Assembly (NCBI GenBank): GCA_050015395.1
Contig: JBEKBM010000016.1
Span: forward strand, 11,510 to 75,509
Origin: Candidatus Bathyarchaeia archaeon
GTDB lineage: Archaea > Thermoproteota > Bathyarchaeia > Bathyarchaeales > Bathycorpusculaceae
Direction: 5' to 3'
Length of the DNA stretch: 64,000 nucleotides
How positions within the stretch are numbered: the first letter of the stretch is position 1; every line of letters starts with the position of its first letter. Under the pieces are notes generated by a model. That model ran no database searches. It was not told the DNA's origin and worked only from the letters and a program-made list of their open reading frames with translations. Shown here one piece after another: positions 10,853-20,968 of this stretch. The translations under genes were made by a program, and so were the position numbers.

Positions 10853-12553
10853 TTAAGACCCCCCTATCGCAGACGTTGCTTCAGCGATAATTTGAGCGTC
10901 GCTGAAGTGCCGCATGTCAATGGCTTTTTCAGGGCAACTTGCGGAACACACTCCACAGCCCTTGCATAAAACATCGTTTACCCTTGCAACTCCATGTTCA
11001 TCCTTTCTTATGGCGCTGTACGGGCACAGCTTGACGCATGTGCCACATCCGGTGCATCTGGTCTCGTCAACACGAGCCGTTATTGCTTCGGTCCTAACCT
11101 TCCCTAGTGCCATAGGGATGCCTGCTCTCGATGCAGCAGCGTAGGCTTGAATGATGCTTTCGGGGACCGTTTTGGGTCCATGTGCGGTTCCACATAAGAA
11201 AATGCCATCTGTCGCGAAATCGACTGGTCTGAGTTTAACGTGTGCTTCCAAGAAGAAGCCGTCTGCCCCTAACGGAACCTTCAGGAGCTTTGAAAGTTCG
11301 GTCGCTTCTTCCGATTTAACGAGCGGGGTAGATAACACTATGAGGTCGGGATCGAGCTCGAGTGTGTAGTTGACCGAGATGTCATGCACCTTAACTGAGA
11401 GTTTGCCGTTTGCGAGTGAACGCACCTCGGGTGGACTGGCATCGTCGTATCTTATGAATTGCACGAAGTTATGCCTAGCCTTCTCATATTGCTCTTCGAA
11501 GTCTTTGCCGTACGCTTGCATGTCTCTGTACAGTATTGAAACTTCCGAGTCTGGAAGCATTTCCTTGATTATCATGGCGTTTTTAAGTGCCATGGTGCAA
11601 CATATTCTGGAGCAGTAGTTTCGTCCACCCACTTTCCCTTCTCTCGCACCGACGCATTGAATCATAAGTATGTTCTTTGGCTTCCCAAGTTTTTCTTCTT
11701 TCATGAGTTTTTCAAGCTCAAGTTGGGTTATAACGTTCCTGTTTTCGCCGTAGCAGTACATTCCGTTGGGCTTAAAAACGTCGGCTCCTGTGGCAACCAC
11801 TATCGTGCCAAACTTGAGCTTTTCTTCGGTCCCATTGTTGTTGAGGGTTACTTCGAAGTTTCCGATGAAACCATCGACACGCTTCACAGTAGAAGACGTA
11901 TAGATTTTGATGTTTGGGTTTGAGCGCGCGGACTGGATGTACTTGCCAAGAACTTCTGAACTCAGCTTATCGCTGGGATACAGCCTGTATAGTTCGCATA
12001 GTTTCCCGCCGAGCTCTTTGTTTTTCTCTACCAGGCTCACATTAAAGCCTTGGTTGGCAAGGCTGATGGCCGCCGTCATTCCTGAAACTCCACCACCGAT
12101 GACGAGTGCTGAAGGTTGAACCTCAATCTCAGGTTCCGTCTGAGGTTCGAGCAGTGCAGCCTTGGCGATAGCCATCTTGACAGTCTCTTTGGCTTTCTCT
12201 GTGGCTTTTTCGGGCTCTCTGGCATGCACCCAGCTACATTGTTCACGAATGTTTGCCATGTGAAACAGGTACTTATTCAGGTTTGCTTCTTCGCATGCAG
12301 CCCTAAAAAGTGGCTCGTGTGTTCTGGGAGTACATGAAGCCACCACTACTCTGTCAAGGTCATATTTCCCGATGGCCTCTTTAATCTTGTACAGTCCTTC
12401 AGATGAGCATGTGTAAAGATTGCCTTCGGCATAGGCAACATTAGGCTGAGTTCTTGCGTACTCTACGACTGCGGGCACGCTTACGACGCCGCCTATGTTG
12501 ACACCACAGTGGCACACGAAGACGCCGATCCGCGGCTTATGTTTGTCGCTCAC
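10853..12553 (-). CDS. hdrA: HdrA-like protein, C-terminal half
   Basis: [36 protein letters not shown]; colinear with second half of the 1006-aa protein. Confidence 0.88.
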   Translation of the reverse strand: MSDKHKPRIGVFVCHCGVNIGGVVSVPAVVEYARTQPNVAYAEGNLYTCSSEGLYKIKEAIGKYDLDRVVVASCTPRTHEPLFRAACEEANLNKYLFHMANIREQCSWVHAREPEKATEKAKETVKMAIAKAALLEPQTEPEIEVQPSALVIGGGVSGMTAAISLANQGFNVSLVEKNKELGGKLCELYRLYPSDKLSSEVLGKYIQSARSNPNIKIYTSSTVKRVDGFIGNFEVTLNNNGTEEKLKFGTIVVATGADVFKPNGMYCYGENRNVITQLELEKLMKEEKLGKPKNILMIQCVGAREGKVGGRNYCSRICCTMALKNAMIIKEMLPDSEVSILYRDMQAYGKDFEEQYEKARHNFVQFIRYDDASPPEVRSLANGKLSVKVHDISVNYTLELDPDLIVLSTPLVKSEEATELSKLLKVPLGADGFFLEAHVKLRPVDFATDGIFLCGTAHGPKTVPESIIQAYAAASRAGIPMALGKVRTEAITARVDETRCTGCGTCVKLCPYSAIRKDEHGVARVNDVLCKGCGVCSASCPEKAIDMRHFSDAQIIAEATSAIGGS

Positions 12554-13866
12554 TGTTTCCGCCCCTTTGCCGTCAACGCGATGGTCTCTGCCGCTCTGGC
12601 AGCCGCTCCGCTGGCTTGGGCCACGCTCTCAGGGATGTCTTTGGGACTTTGGCAGTATCCGCAAATGTAAATCCCCGCGGAAGTTGTGTCCATGGGTGCC
12701 GTGAGCAGGTCCTTGGCTTTGAAGAAACTAGCCTCATCAAGTTCTATTCCCATTTCTTCAGCGAGCCTCTTGTTTTCTGTCTTCGGGATCAAAGCGGGGC
12801 ATAGCACGACGAGGTCGGCATCAAGCTTTTTCATTTCGCTATTCTTTGTGTCCTCGTAGTGGATCTGCAAATTCTTTGTAGCCTGGTCTTCAGCTATACC
12901 GCCTGGATGCGCTTTGATGTATTTCACGCCGTATTCTTCTCTTGCCCTGTCGACAAATTCCTGGAAGCCTTTCCCCACAGCTCTCATGTCAATATACATG
13001 ATGTAAGTTTGAGTTTGCGGAGAGTGCTCTTTCACGAGAATTGCCTCTTTAGTGGCATAAACGCAGCATACTGAAGAACAGAAAGGGAATCTGCCGTGCA
13101 GGTTTCTTGAACCCACACACTGAACGAAAACGACGCTCCTAGGTTCTTTTCCGTCTGAGGGACGGACAAGATGCCCTCCAGTTGGGCCGGATGCACATAT
13201 TATCCTCTCGAACTCCATGGAGGTAAGCACATTTTGGAATCTGCCGTAGCCGTACTCGCCGATAGCCGAGGGATCAAAAATGTCAAAGCCTGTGGCCAAG
13301 ATTATTGAAGCTACATTCAAGTCTATTTCTTCAGGTTTTTGATTGTAGTCAATAGCATTCGACGGGCAGACCTTCTGGCAGACACCGCAAATTTTTCTCG
13401 AAAAGTAAAGACAATGTTCTGCATCTATTGTGGCGACGAGAGGAACCGCTTGCTTAAACGGCATATAAATAGCTTTCCTCTTTCCCAATCCCATGTCAAA
13501 CTCGTTCGGAACCTTAACTGGACACTTCTCCATGCAAGTGCCGCATCCTGTGCATTTGGAGAATTCTACGTAGCGAGGCTTTCGAAGGATTTTCACAGTG
13601 AAATTTCCATCTTCACCTTCAACATGCTGGACTTCTGAGTATGTAAGTAGGCTGATGTTCGAGTGTCTGAGACACTCTATCATCTTTGGAGCAAGTATAC
13701 AAATGGAACAGTCCAAAGTTGGAAAGGTTTTGTCAAGCTGTGCCATGCGTCCGCCTATGCTGGGAGTCTTTTCAATAAGATAGACTTTCGTGCCTCGATT
13801 CGCCAAGTCCAATGATGCCTGAATGCCCGCAATTCCACCTCCGACAACCAGAACTGACTTGGACAT
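12550..13866 (-). CDS. hdrA: HdrA-like protein, N-terminal half
   Basis: [37 protein letters not shown]. Confidence 0.88.
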   Translation of the reverse strand: MSKSVLVVGGGIAGIQASLDLANRGTKVYLIEKTPSIGGRMAQLDKTFPTLDCSICILAPKMIECLRHSNISLLTYSEVQHVEGEDGNFTVKILRKPRYVEFSKCTGCGTCMEKCPVKVPNEFDMGLGKRKAIYMPFKQAVPLVATIDAEHCLYFSRKICGVCQKVCPSNAIDYNQKPEEIDLNVASIILATGFDIFDPSAIGEYGYGRFQNVLTSMEFERIICASGPTGGHLVRPSDGKEPRSVVFVQCVGSRNLHGRFPFCSSVCCVYATKEAILVKEHSPQTQTYIMYIDMRAVGKGFQEFVDRAREEYGVKYIKAHPGGIAEDQATKNLQIHYEDTKNSEMKKLDADLVVLCPALIPKTENKRLAEEMGIELDEASFFKAKDLLTAPMDTTSAGIYICGYCQSPKDIPESVAQASGAAARAAETIALTAKGRKQ

Positions 13867-14051
13867 GAGTTAGGCCCACTTATCTGTGATGGGTAAACGC
13901 GTATATTGTCTAAGGCTAAATATCTTGTGGTTACTAACTTGTTTTTGGGATGTTAAGTGCCATCGACTAATTCCAAAGTTTCTTTCCGTATATGAAAATG
14001 GTGTGCGAAAAATTAATAAATCCAGCAGACAACACATAAAACGGTGTTCAA

Positions 14052-14291
14052 ATGCCAGTGGCATATGTGCTGGCGAAAATAGAAGCCGGCCAAGACAAGC
14101 AGGCGCTTGAGACAATAAGGGAAATGGTTGGAGTCACGTCGATCACTTTGACCTATGGCATATACGACCTGCACGTCGAAGTCAAGTTTGACACAATGGA
14201 AGAACTTGACGAATTCATTTTCGACAAAATACGCAAAGTTAGCGGAATTAAAGAAACGGTGACCTTAGTGGTTCCATCCAAGGGGGTGTGA
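14052..14291 (+). CDS. Stand-alone Lrp/AsnC ligand-binding (RAM) domain protein
   Basis: AYVLAK..TYGIYDLHVEV..IRKVSGIKETVTLVV pattern. Confidence 0.85.
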   Translation: MPVAYVLAKIEAGQDKQALETIREMVGVTSITLTYGIYDLHVEVKFDTMEELDEFIFDKIRKVSGIKETVTLVVPSKGV

Positions 14292-14292
14292 A

Positions 14293-14616
14293 ATGTCTAT
14301 AATAAGCTGCCGGGAAATACACTTCAACCAATGTACCAGTCCAGGTCAAGTCGACGATTTAATCGACAACGTCAAGCAAATAATTGAAGAAATGAAACTC
14401 CCCGCAACCTACAACGTGAAGGTTTTTAAAAACATATTTTCCTGCTGCGGCACAGGAGGCCTTGACTTAATCTTAGAAGTCGTCGGACCAGACGAGGAAA
14501 CACTGAAAGCTATCGACCTGAGAGCCACATCCAGAGTCCTCGAATTCTGCGAGAAACAAGGCTACGGCATGGGCTGCTATCACTCCCTCGGAAAATTTGA
14601 ATCAATAGAAAAATAG
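14293..14616 (+). CDS. Cys-rich hypothetical protein
   Basis: 107 aa, GGGGTG SD, coupled to Lrp gene, SCCG motif. Confidence 0.65.
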   Translation: MSIISCREIHFNQCTSPGQVDDLIDNVKQIIEEMKLPATYNVKVFKNIFSCCGTGGLDLILEVVGPDEETLKAIDLRATSRVLEFCEKQGYGMGCYHSLGKFESIEK

Positions 14617-14791
14617 CACAGATCACTCTGAAGCCGCTTCTTCTTCAAACGCTTACCAAAGAATCTATTAACGAGAAGCGCGCCAGCCCGTTCAGACCAT
14701 GTGAAAAATGAAATTGGAGTGGAATCAAGTTTGTTGTTTCTTTGCGTAAGACCGTTCACTTAGCGCTTTGTTATCGTTCTCTTACTCTTTT

Positions 14792-15090
14792 TCACGCCCT
14801 AACCGACGATATGAGTGCTCCCACACCAAGCATAGTGATAGCCCTTCTCATGTTGTAAGCCAGCATGGTGAATCCGACCTCTCCAGTAGTCTTCCTTAAC
14901 CCTTTCAGCAACAGATAGCCCTGATTAAAAGCCCTTTTCACCGTGCCGAAAGGATGCTTCACTATACTTTTTCTGGCTTTGAGCTTCCACGGCTCAAGCC
15001 TCATCCTCAGCTTCATCTCCTCCACCACCTCCGCATGTTCCCACTGCTACATCGTCCCTCCTCTCTTATACCGCATACACTTCGTCAAAA
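14792..15090 (-). mobile_element. IS1182-family transposase C-terminal remnant
   Basis: RKSIVKHPFGTVKR...LLKGLRKTTGEVGFTMLAYNMRR; in-frame stop upstream; left boundary approximate. Confidence 0.75.
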
Positions 15091-15189
15091 AGAAACAGTA
15101 AAAGGAATTACAATGATTCCTGAGGGCAGAGAAATCTTTCTTTGCATAACCATTTAGATAAACCTGCAACTGGCGCCGGCATAATAAAT

Positions 15190-17856
15190 TTAGGACACGT
15201 CGAGGGACATTATTAAGGTATCATCGTCGACCTGTTCAGCCTTGAATCCTATCCCATTACACAGGTTCAGCATCTTGTAGTTGTTAGCCATCACATAACC
15301 GTATATTTTCTCCAGATGCTTATCCTTCGCGATTTCGATAAGGGAACCCATGAACTTGAGGCCTAGCCCAAATCCTTGCCATTGATCACCAATTAAAACA
15401 GCGTACTCACCGCTTTTTCCATCAGGGTCTATGATTAATCTTGCAACACCAATTATTCGCCTGCTATCTGGAAGCTCCGCTACTATAGCAATTTCTCTAT
15501 CATAATCCAAATTACAGTATCTGGTCAACATTTCATGAGAAAGCTCCTTTATAATTTCAAAAAATCGGAAACGCATTGTTTCAGCAGAAAGCGATTTGAA
15601 AAGCTCGTTGAATCGACCTTCATCTTCAGGTTTTATCGGCCGAAGCCGCACAAGGGTTTCATTTTTCATTTTCCAATCGGAGACATATTTACTTGGGTAA
15701 GGAGCGATAACAAGGTGTTCATGAAAACCAATTTCCTGCGTTATACGTTTAATGTCTAGGATAATGCGTGCATCAACTGCAACAGCGCTATTTTTATCCA
15801 CAATTAAAGGGTTTATGTCAATCTCTTTGATTTCAGGAAAATCAGTTACAAGTTGAGAAAACTTTACCAAGATTTCCTCGATAAGCTTGACATTTAGGGG
15901 AAGTCCCAATAAAGCTGCATTCTTGTAGATAACCGTGTCCTCTATTAGCCTTCTTGCAAGCACCTGATTTAAAGGCGGGAAACCTATGCTTACATCCTTG
16001 ACTAATTCGGCATCAGTTCCACCCTTGCCAAAAATGATCACAGAGCCGAACTGAGGGTCTTTTTTAGAGCCGACAAGCAACTCGCAGCCTCTCTTGCGGA
16101 CCATAGGCTGGATTGCTACACCTTGAAACTCGGCATTATCACCAAAGTTTTGTATCTTTTTAGTTAGTTCATCAAAGTACGCTTGAACTTCCAACGTGGA
16201 GCATACGTTCAAGATGACGCCTGCGATTTTGGATTTATGTGTAATCTGGGGAGACAAAGCTTTCATAACCACTGGGAACCCGATTTTGGAAGCTAAATCT
16301 TCAGCTTCACCAGGCGTATTTGCAAATAGGGTCTTGATAGTCGGGATTTGATAAGCCTCTAAAAACCGAAGAGACTCAGATAAACCAAGAACATGCTGCC
16401 CTCGACAGTAGGCTTGCTCTAAAATAGACTTGAGAGCCGCTGAATTTGTTGGCTCTACGGAAAGTTGTTCAGGTGTTTGGTAAAGAAGCTCCAAGCCTTG
16501 AGTATACCGGTACATGTACATAAATGTTGAAACAGCTTGTTCGGGCGTTGGAAAAGTTGGAATGCCGTGTCTTTGTAGAAATCTTCGCGCTTTTCGGCAT
16601 CTGGAATCTTCACCCATTAAACATGTGAGTATGGGTTTTTTTGTTTGCTTTGCTAATTCTGTCACTGTTTTTGCTATAGCGAAAGGGTCAGCCGCTGTTT
16701 GAGGTGCATAGATTAGTAGAAAACCATTGCTATTTTGATCTTTCAGGCAAAGTGCCATAACATCTTTGAACCTTGCCGGTGTAGCTTCCTCGAAAATATC
16801 GATAGGGTTTGCAGTAGTACAGTAGGGAGGCAGAACATTCTTTAAGGCTTGCATTGTTTCCTGACTTAGCTGCGATAGTTTTCCACCCTTAGCGATAAGT
16901 TGGTCTGTAGCCATTATACCGGGACCACCAGCGTTAGTAATGATTGCCAAGTCAGGTCCCGTAGGATTTTGCTGCATTGCCAATGCTTCTGCACAGTTAA
17001 ATAAATCAAATATGGTTTCTACTCTGACTACTCCAGCACGCCTAAACGCCGAGTCATAAACAGCATCCTCTCCACCCAAAGAACCGCTGTGAGAAAGAGT
17101 CGGGATAATACTTTCCTGAAAGCGCCCAGCTTTGACAACTACTATAGGCTTGGTTCTGGCAAAGCCTCGTGCCGCGCTCATGAATTTCCTTGCGTTTTGT
17201 ATCGACTCAACATATAAAACGATGCTTTTAGTTTGTGCATCGGCTCCAAAGTAATCTATTAAATCGCCAAAATCCACATCAAGCATTGACCCCGTGGACA
17301 CCACAACGCTGAATCCAACTTGAGCTTCTGATGCCCAATCTAGTGCTGAAGCACACAAAGCAGCGCTTTGGGAGATAAAGGCGATTTTTCCAGAACTTGC
17401 TCTGTCATTTGCAAATGTAGCGTAAAGGTTTATTTTCGGTCTAATTACCCCGAAACTGTTGGGACCTATAATCCGCATACCATATTTCCTTTGGCAACGA
17501 AGGATTCGCTTTTCAATAAGAATGCCTTCTTCACCGACTTCTCTGAAACCGGCAGAACATATTATAATTCCAGAAACTCCAGCCTCACCGCATTCTTCAA
17601 CGATCTGTGGCACAGTATGTGCTGGTGTGGCAATTATGGCTAGATCGATTGTCCGAGGGATTTTACTAATGCTTGGATAAGCAGTTATTCCCTGAACCGT
17701 CTCCCTAAACGCGTTTACAGGGAAGACTGCACCGTTATAACCTACTCCTATTAGATTCCTTAAAATTTTTGCGCCTATGGAACCTTCCCTTTCACTGGCA
17801 CCGATTATTGCTATCCGTTTAGGATCGAATATTTTGTTAAGTTTTTCGATGCCCAG
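15190..17856 (-). CDS. Pat-type acetate-CoA ligase-like / GNAT acetyltransferase fusion
   Basis: CoA-binding N-term, ISQSAA, ITNAGGPG, ATP-grasp (HKS, EIDINPL), C-terminal GNAT (WQGFGLG); probable CTG start at 17856 after GGTGG. Confidence 0.88.
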   Translation of the reverse strand: MGIEKLNKIFDPKRIAIIGASEREGSIGAKILRNLIGVGYNGAVFPVNAFRETVQGITAYPSISKIPRTIDLAIIATPAHTVPQIVEECGEAGVSGIIICSAGFREVGEEGILIEKRILRCQRKYGMRIIGPNSFGVIRPKINLYATFANDRASSGKIAFISQSAALCASALDWASEAQVGFSVVVSTGSMLDVDFGDLIDYFGADAQTKSIVLYVESIQNARKFMSAARGFARTKPIVVVKAGRFQESIIPTLSHSGSLGGEDAVYDSAFRRAGVVRVETIFDLFNCAEALAMQQNPTGPDLAIITNAGGPGIMATDQLIAKGGKLSQLSQETMQALKNVLPPYCTTANPIDIFEEATPARFKDVMALCLKDQNSNGFLLIYAPQTAADPFAIAKTVTELAKQTKKPILTCLMGEDSRCRKARRFLQRHGIPTFPTPEQAVSTFMYMYRYTQGLELLYQTPEQLSVEPTNSAALKSILEQAYCRGQHVLGLSESLRFLEAYQIPTIKTLFANTPGEAEDLASKIGFPVVMKALSPQITHKSKIAGVILNVCSTLEVQAYFDELTKKIQNFGDNAEFQGVAIQPMVRKRGCELLVGSKKDPQFGSVIIFGKGGTDAELVKDVSIGFPPLNQVLARRLIEDTVIYKNAALLGLPLNVKLIEEILVKFSQLVTDFPEIKEIDINPLIVDKNSAVAVDARIILDIKRITQEIGFHEHLVIAPYPSKYVSDWKMKNETLVRLRPIKPEDEGRFNELFKSLSAETMRFRFFEIIKELSHEMLTRYCNLDYDREIAIVAELPDSRRIIGVARLIIDPDGKSGEYAVLIGDQWQGFGLGLKFMGSLIEIAKDKHLEKIYGYVMANNYKMLNLCNGIGFKAEQVDDDTLIMSLDVS

Positions 17857-17889
17857 TTTTAACCACCACTTGAGAAAGCAGCTACCCAC

Positions 17890-18354
17890 TTGTATATGGC
17901 TACAAGTCGTTTTAAAACTTGTCAGTTTCCACCGAAATTTACAGACCTGTTAAGGAAGAGGAATATAAAAGATAAGGGAACTAAGGAGAAGGTTTACCAG
18001 ATTTTTCCTGCGCTAAAAAAGAAGGAAAAGCGCTATCTCAAACGCTCAAGCGGCGGCGAACAGCAAATGCTTGTTATTTGCCGAAGTTTAATGTCTAATC
18101 CTCAACTGTCAACTGTTAATTCTAGACGAGACTTCATTGGGTTGGCACCAATCATCGTGGAAAAAGTGTTAGATACTATACGCACAATTAACGAGGAAAG
18201 CGCAACCGTCTTGCTGGTTGAGCAGAACGTTCACGATTCATTGAATGCGGCTGATATGGGCTATGCTATAGAGGAATGAAAAATCGTTTTAGAAGGAAAG
18301 AGTAGGTAACTTTTATCTAATAGTCCTATAAAAGAAGTGTATCTAGGCCTTTGA
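17890..18354 (+). pseudogene. livF: LivF-type ABC ATPase remnant
   Basis: SGGEQQML, LLVEQNV; continues through two in-frame stops as KIVLEGKSR*LLSNSPIKEVYLGL; no Walker A. Confidence 0.8.
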
Positions 18355-18372
18355 AAAGACGAGGAAACAAAA

Positions 18373-19692
18373 ATGGTAGAGGGCAAATACTGGAACGAAA
18401 AAATCGAAACCATGCCTGCTGAAGAACTAAAGGCATATCAACTTAAAAAATTAAGGGAACAGGTAAAACGTTGCTACGAGAACAGTGTTTTTTATAAGAA
18501 AAAATTTGACCGCGTAGGGTTGAAACCTGAAAACATAAGCTCACTAGATGACCTTCAGAAAATTCCTTTCACGGTAAAGAACGATTTACGCGATAACTAC
18601 CCGTTTGGCATGGTTGCCGCTAAATCTGACGAAATAGTGGAGATTCATGCTTCAAGTGGTACAACTGGAAACCCAATAATCGGCGCTTATACAAAGAATG
18701 ACATGGATGTTTGGCAAGAATTAATGGCAAGATCCATCTATACGGCAGGTGGAAGACGCCAAGATGTTATACACATAGCTTATGGGTATGGTTTATTCAC
18801 TGGCGGATTAGGTTTTCATTATGGTGCTCAAAAGGTTGGAGCCAAAATTGTTCCTGCAAGCGGCGGAATGACACAGCGCCAAATAAAGCTCATGAAGGAT
18901 CTGGGCGTCACAATTTTAGCCTGCACTCCAAGTTTCGCAGTTTACCTTGCTGAAACCATGGCTCAAGAAGGCGTTAACCCAAGAAAAGACCTCAAGCTTA
19001 CAACTGGAATGTTTGGTGCTGAACCATGGTCAGATAAGCTTAGGGAAAGAATCGAGAAAGATCTGGGAATTGAAGCTTTTGATGTTTATGGGTTAACAGA
19101 ACTTTGCGGTCCAGGCGTCGCCGTCGAATGCTCGGAACATAAGGGATTGCACGTTTGGGAAGACCACTTTATTGTGGAAACAATTGACCCTGACACAGGC
19201 GAGGTTTTGCCCGCTGGAGAAGAAGGCGAACTAGTCTTCACGACGCTTACTAAAACAGGCTTGCCAATGCTCAGGTACAGGACACGAGACATCTCCAAAA
19301 TTGAAACAGAAAAATGTGAATGCGGACGCACACACGCCAGAATGATGCGTGTTCATGGAAGATCAGATGACATGCTGATTGTACGTGGAGTAAACGTTTT
19401 CCCCTCACAAATAGAGTATGCAGTAATGTGCTTCTCAGAATTAGCCACCCAGTACCTGATAGTTCTTGACAGGCCCGGAGCTTTGGACACGTTTTTGGTT
19501 AAGGTTGAATTGTTGGAGCAGGCTGCTAAAAACCTGCAACTAGACAAAAATGCGTTAAAGAACAGTATTCAGCAGAGAATTCACATTGTTACCGGGTTAA
19601 CGGCTGATGTTGAAATCGTTAAGCCAGGCGAGCTTCCGAGAACAGAGGGAAAAGCAAAGAGAGTTTTGGACTTGCGCAATGGCAAAATGTAA
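18373..19692 (+). CDS. paaK: Phenylacetate-CoA ligase family protein
   Basis: HASSGTTG, YGYGLFTGGLG, GAEPWS, YGLTE, GRSDDMLIVRGVNVFPSQIE. Confidence 0.92.
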   Translation: MVEGKYWNEKIETMPAEELKAYQLKKLREQVKRCYENSVFYKKKFDRVGLKPENISSLDDLQKIPFTVKNDLRDNYPFGMVAAKSDEIVEIHASSGTTGNPIIGAYTKNDMDVWQELMARSIYTAGGRRQDVIHIAYGYGLFTGGLGFHYGAQKVGAKIVPASGGMTQRQIKLMKDLGVTILACTPSFAVYLAETMAQEGVNPRKDLKLTTGMFGAEPWSDKLRERIEKDLGIEAFDVYGLTELCGPGVAVECSEHKGLHVWEDHFIVETIDPDTGEVLPAGEEGELVFTTLTKTGLPMLRYRTRDISKIETEKCECGRTHARMMRVHGRSDDMLIVRGVNVFPSQIEYAVMCFSELATQYLIVLDRPGALDTFLVKVELLEQAAKNLQLDKNALKNSIQQRIHIVTGLTADVEIVKPGELPRTEGKAKRVLDLRNGKM

Positions 19693-19725
19693 AGGACTAA
19701 ACATATGACTTCCAATTGCCTTAGG

Positions 19726-19814
19726 TTTGTGTGTGTGCACAAGCCTACCCCCGGGTCTACTAGATGCTTCTAATATGCTTCAAATATGATTCAACATAGT
19801 TCAACATAGACTGA
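19726..19814 (+). repeat. Imperfect direct repeat, copy 1 (copy 2 at 20969-21056)
   Basis: TTTGTGTGTG..AGCCTACCCC..GTCTACTA.ATGC..CTAATA.GCT.CAA.TATGATTCAACATAG shared. Confidence 0.85.
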
Positions 19815-19833
19815 AACCGAATGGTTTATTTTT

Positions 19834-19869
19834 TACTACAGTGTCTGTAGTACTACAGGGTGTGTAGTA
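19834..19869 (+). promoter_or_regulatory. Two overlapping palindromic operators before ATPase start
   Basis: TACTACAG-N3-CTGTAGTA and TACTACAG-N3-GTGTAGTA, 17-bp period, between T-rich TATA-like box and ATG. Confidence 0.65.
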
Positions 19870-19870
19870 A

Positions 19871-20947
19871 ATGTTGTTTGACTTAACCCCAAAAGAGTCG
19901 CCAGAAGCTCTTTTTGGAAGAGAAAAAGAAATTGCCGAACTTGTGCGCTTCATCGAAGCAGGAAGGTGGGTAACTGTGCTTGGACCAAGAATGGTGGGAA
20001 AAACCAGCCTCATAAAAGCAACCCGTGCCTGCCTCGACCGCCAAACCGTTTACGTCAACTTATGGGGTGCAACTGGCGTTCAGGGGCTTCTCAATGCGTT
20101 AGTGCAGAGTGTTAACTCCTCCATGAGTCTGTCTCAAAAAATCAAAGAGGCAGCCTCAAGAATAGAAGGATTAACGGTTGGTCCCAGTGGTTTATCAGTT
20201 ACCATGCCTCGGAAGCCATTGACTACGCTTTGGAATCTGCTTGATGTTTTGGGTAGGCAAGATGAGAACTTGGTCATTGAACTAGATGAAGTGCAGGAAT
20301 TGTCCTATGTTTCTGGTCAGTTACTTAAGGTTCTTGCAAACATATTCAATACGCATCCTCGTGTCGTTTTTGTGTTTACTGGGTCAATGTTCGGTCTTAT
20401 TCGGACGTTGCTTAATCCAGAATCTTCTAGGAGTCCAATGTATGGTCGTCCGCCTGCGGAGCTTTATCTGCAGAGATTTGACAAAACTCAGGTTGCAGAG
20501 TTCCTCAAACAAGGCTTCAAAGAGTATAACATGAAACCGCCTAGCAACCTGATAAGTCAAGAGGTTGAGTCGAAACTGGGCGGCACACCTGGCTGGCTTA
20601 CTTTGTACGGGAACAACATTGCGGTTGGCAAACTTTCTCCTGAAGAAGCATTGCACAAAACAGTCGAACAGGGTCTTAGGGTTGTGAGAGAGGAGCTTGA
20701 GCATTTTCTTGAAATTAGAGACAGAAAACTTTACGTTACGGCTCTATCCGCAATGACTAATCCTGCCCGATGGAGCGATATTAAAGCCAGCGTCGAGGCG
20801 AGAAAGGGAACTCCCGTTTCTGACTCTACAATCCAAGGTGTATTGAAAAGCTTGGAGGACGGACTGCTTATAGACCACAAAGACAAGGTTTACCAAATAG
20901 CTGACCCAATGCTGAGAACATTATTGCTGAGCGGTCCAGCGACTTAG
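19871..20947 (+). CDS. Archaeal AAA ATPase with C-terminal wHTH
   Basis: FGREKE, Walker A GPRMVGKTS, Walker B IELDEVQ, TGS, GGTPGWL. Confidence 0.88.
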   Translation: MLFDLTPKESPEALFGREKEIAELVRFIEAGRWVTVLGPRMVGKTSLIKATRACLDRQTVYVNLWGATGVQGLLNALVQSVNSSMSLSQKIKEAASRIEGLTVGPSGLSVTMPRKPLTTLWNLLDVLGRQDENLVIELDEVQELSYVSGQLLKVLANIFNTHPRVVFVFTGSMFGLIRTLLNPESSRSPMYGRPPAELYLQRFDKTQVAEFLKQGFKEYNMKPPSNLISQEVESKLGGTPGWLTLYGNNIAVGKLSPEEALHKTVEQGLRVVREELEHFLEIRDRKLYVTALSAMTNPARWSDIKASVEARKGTPVSDSTIQGVLKSLEDGLLIDHKDKVYQIADPMLRTLLLSGPAT

Positions 20948-20968
20948 GCTAAACCCTTATGCAACTGA

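Noticed and set aside
957-13783. Many plus-strand ORFs antisense to hox/hdr genes
   Set aside because: Shadow frames of well-supported minus-strand genes, no motifs
4228-13866. Selenocysteine recoding in hdr/mvh genes
   Set aside because: Relevant ligand positions are Cys; no in-frame TGA needed
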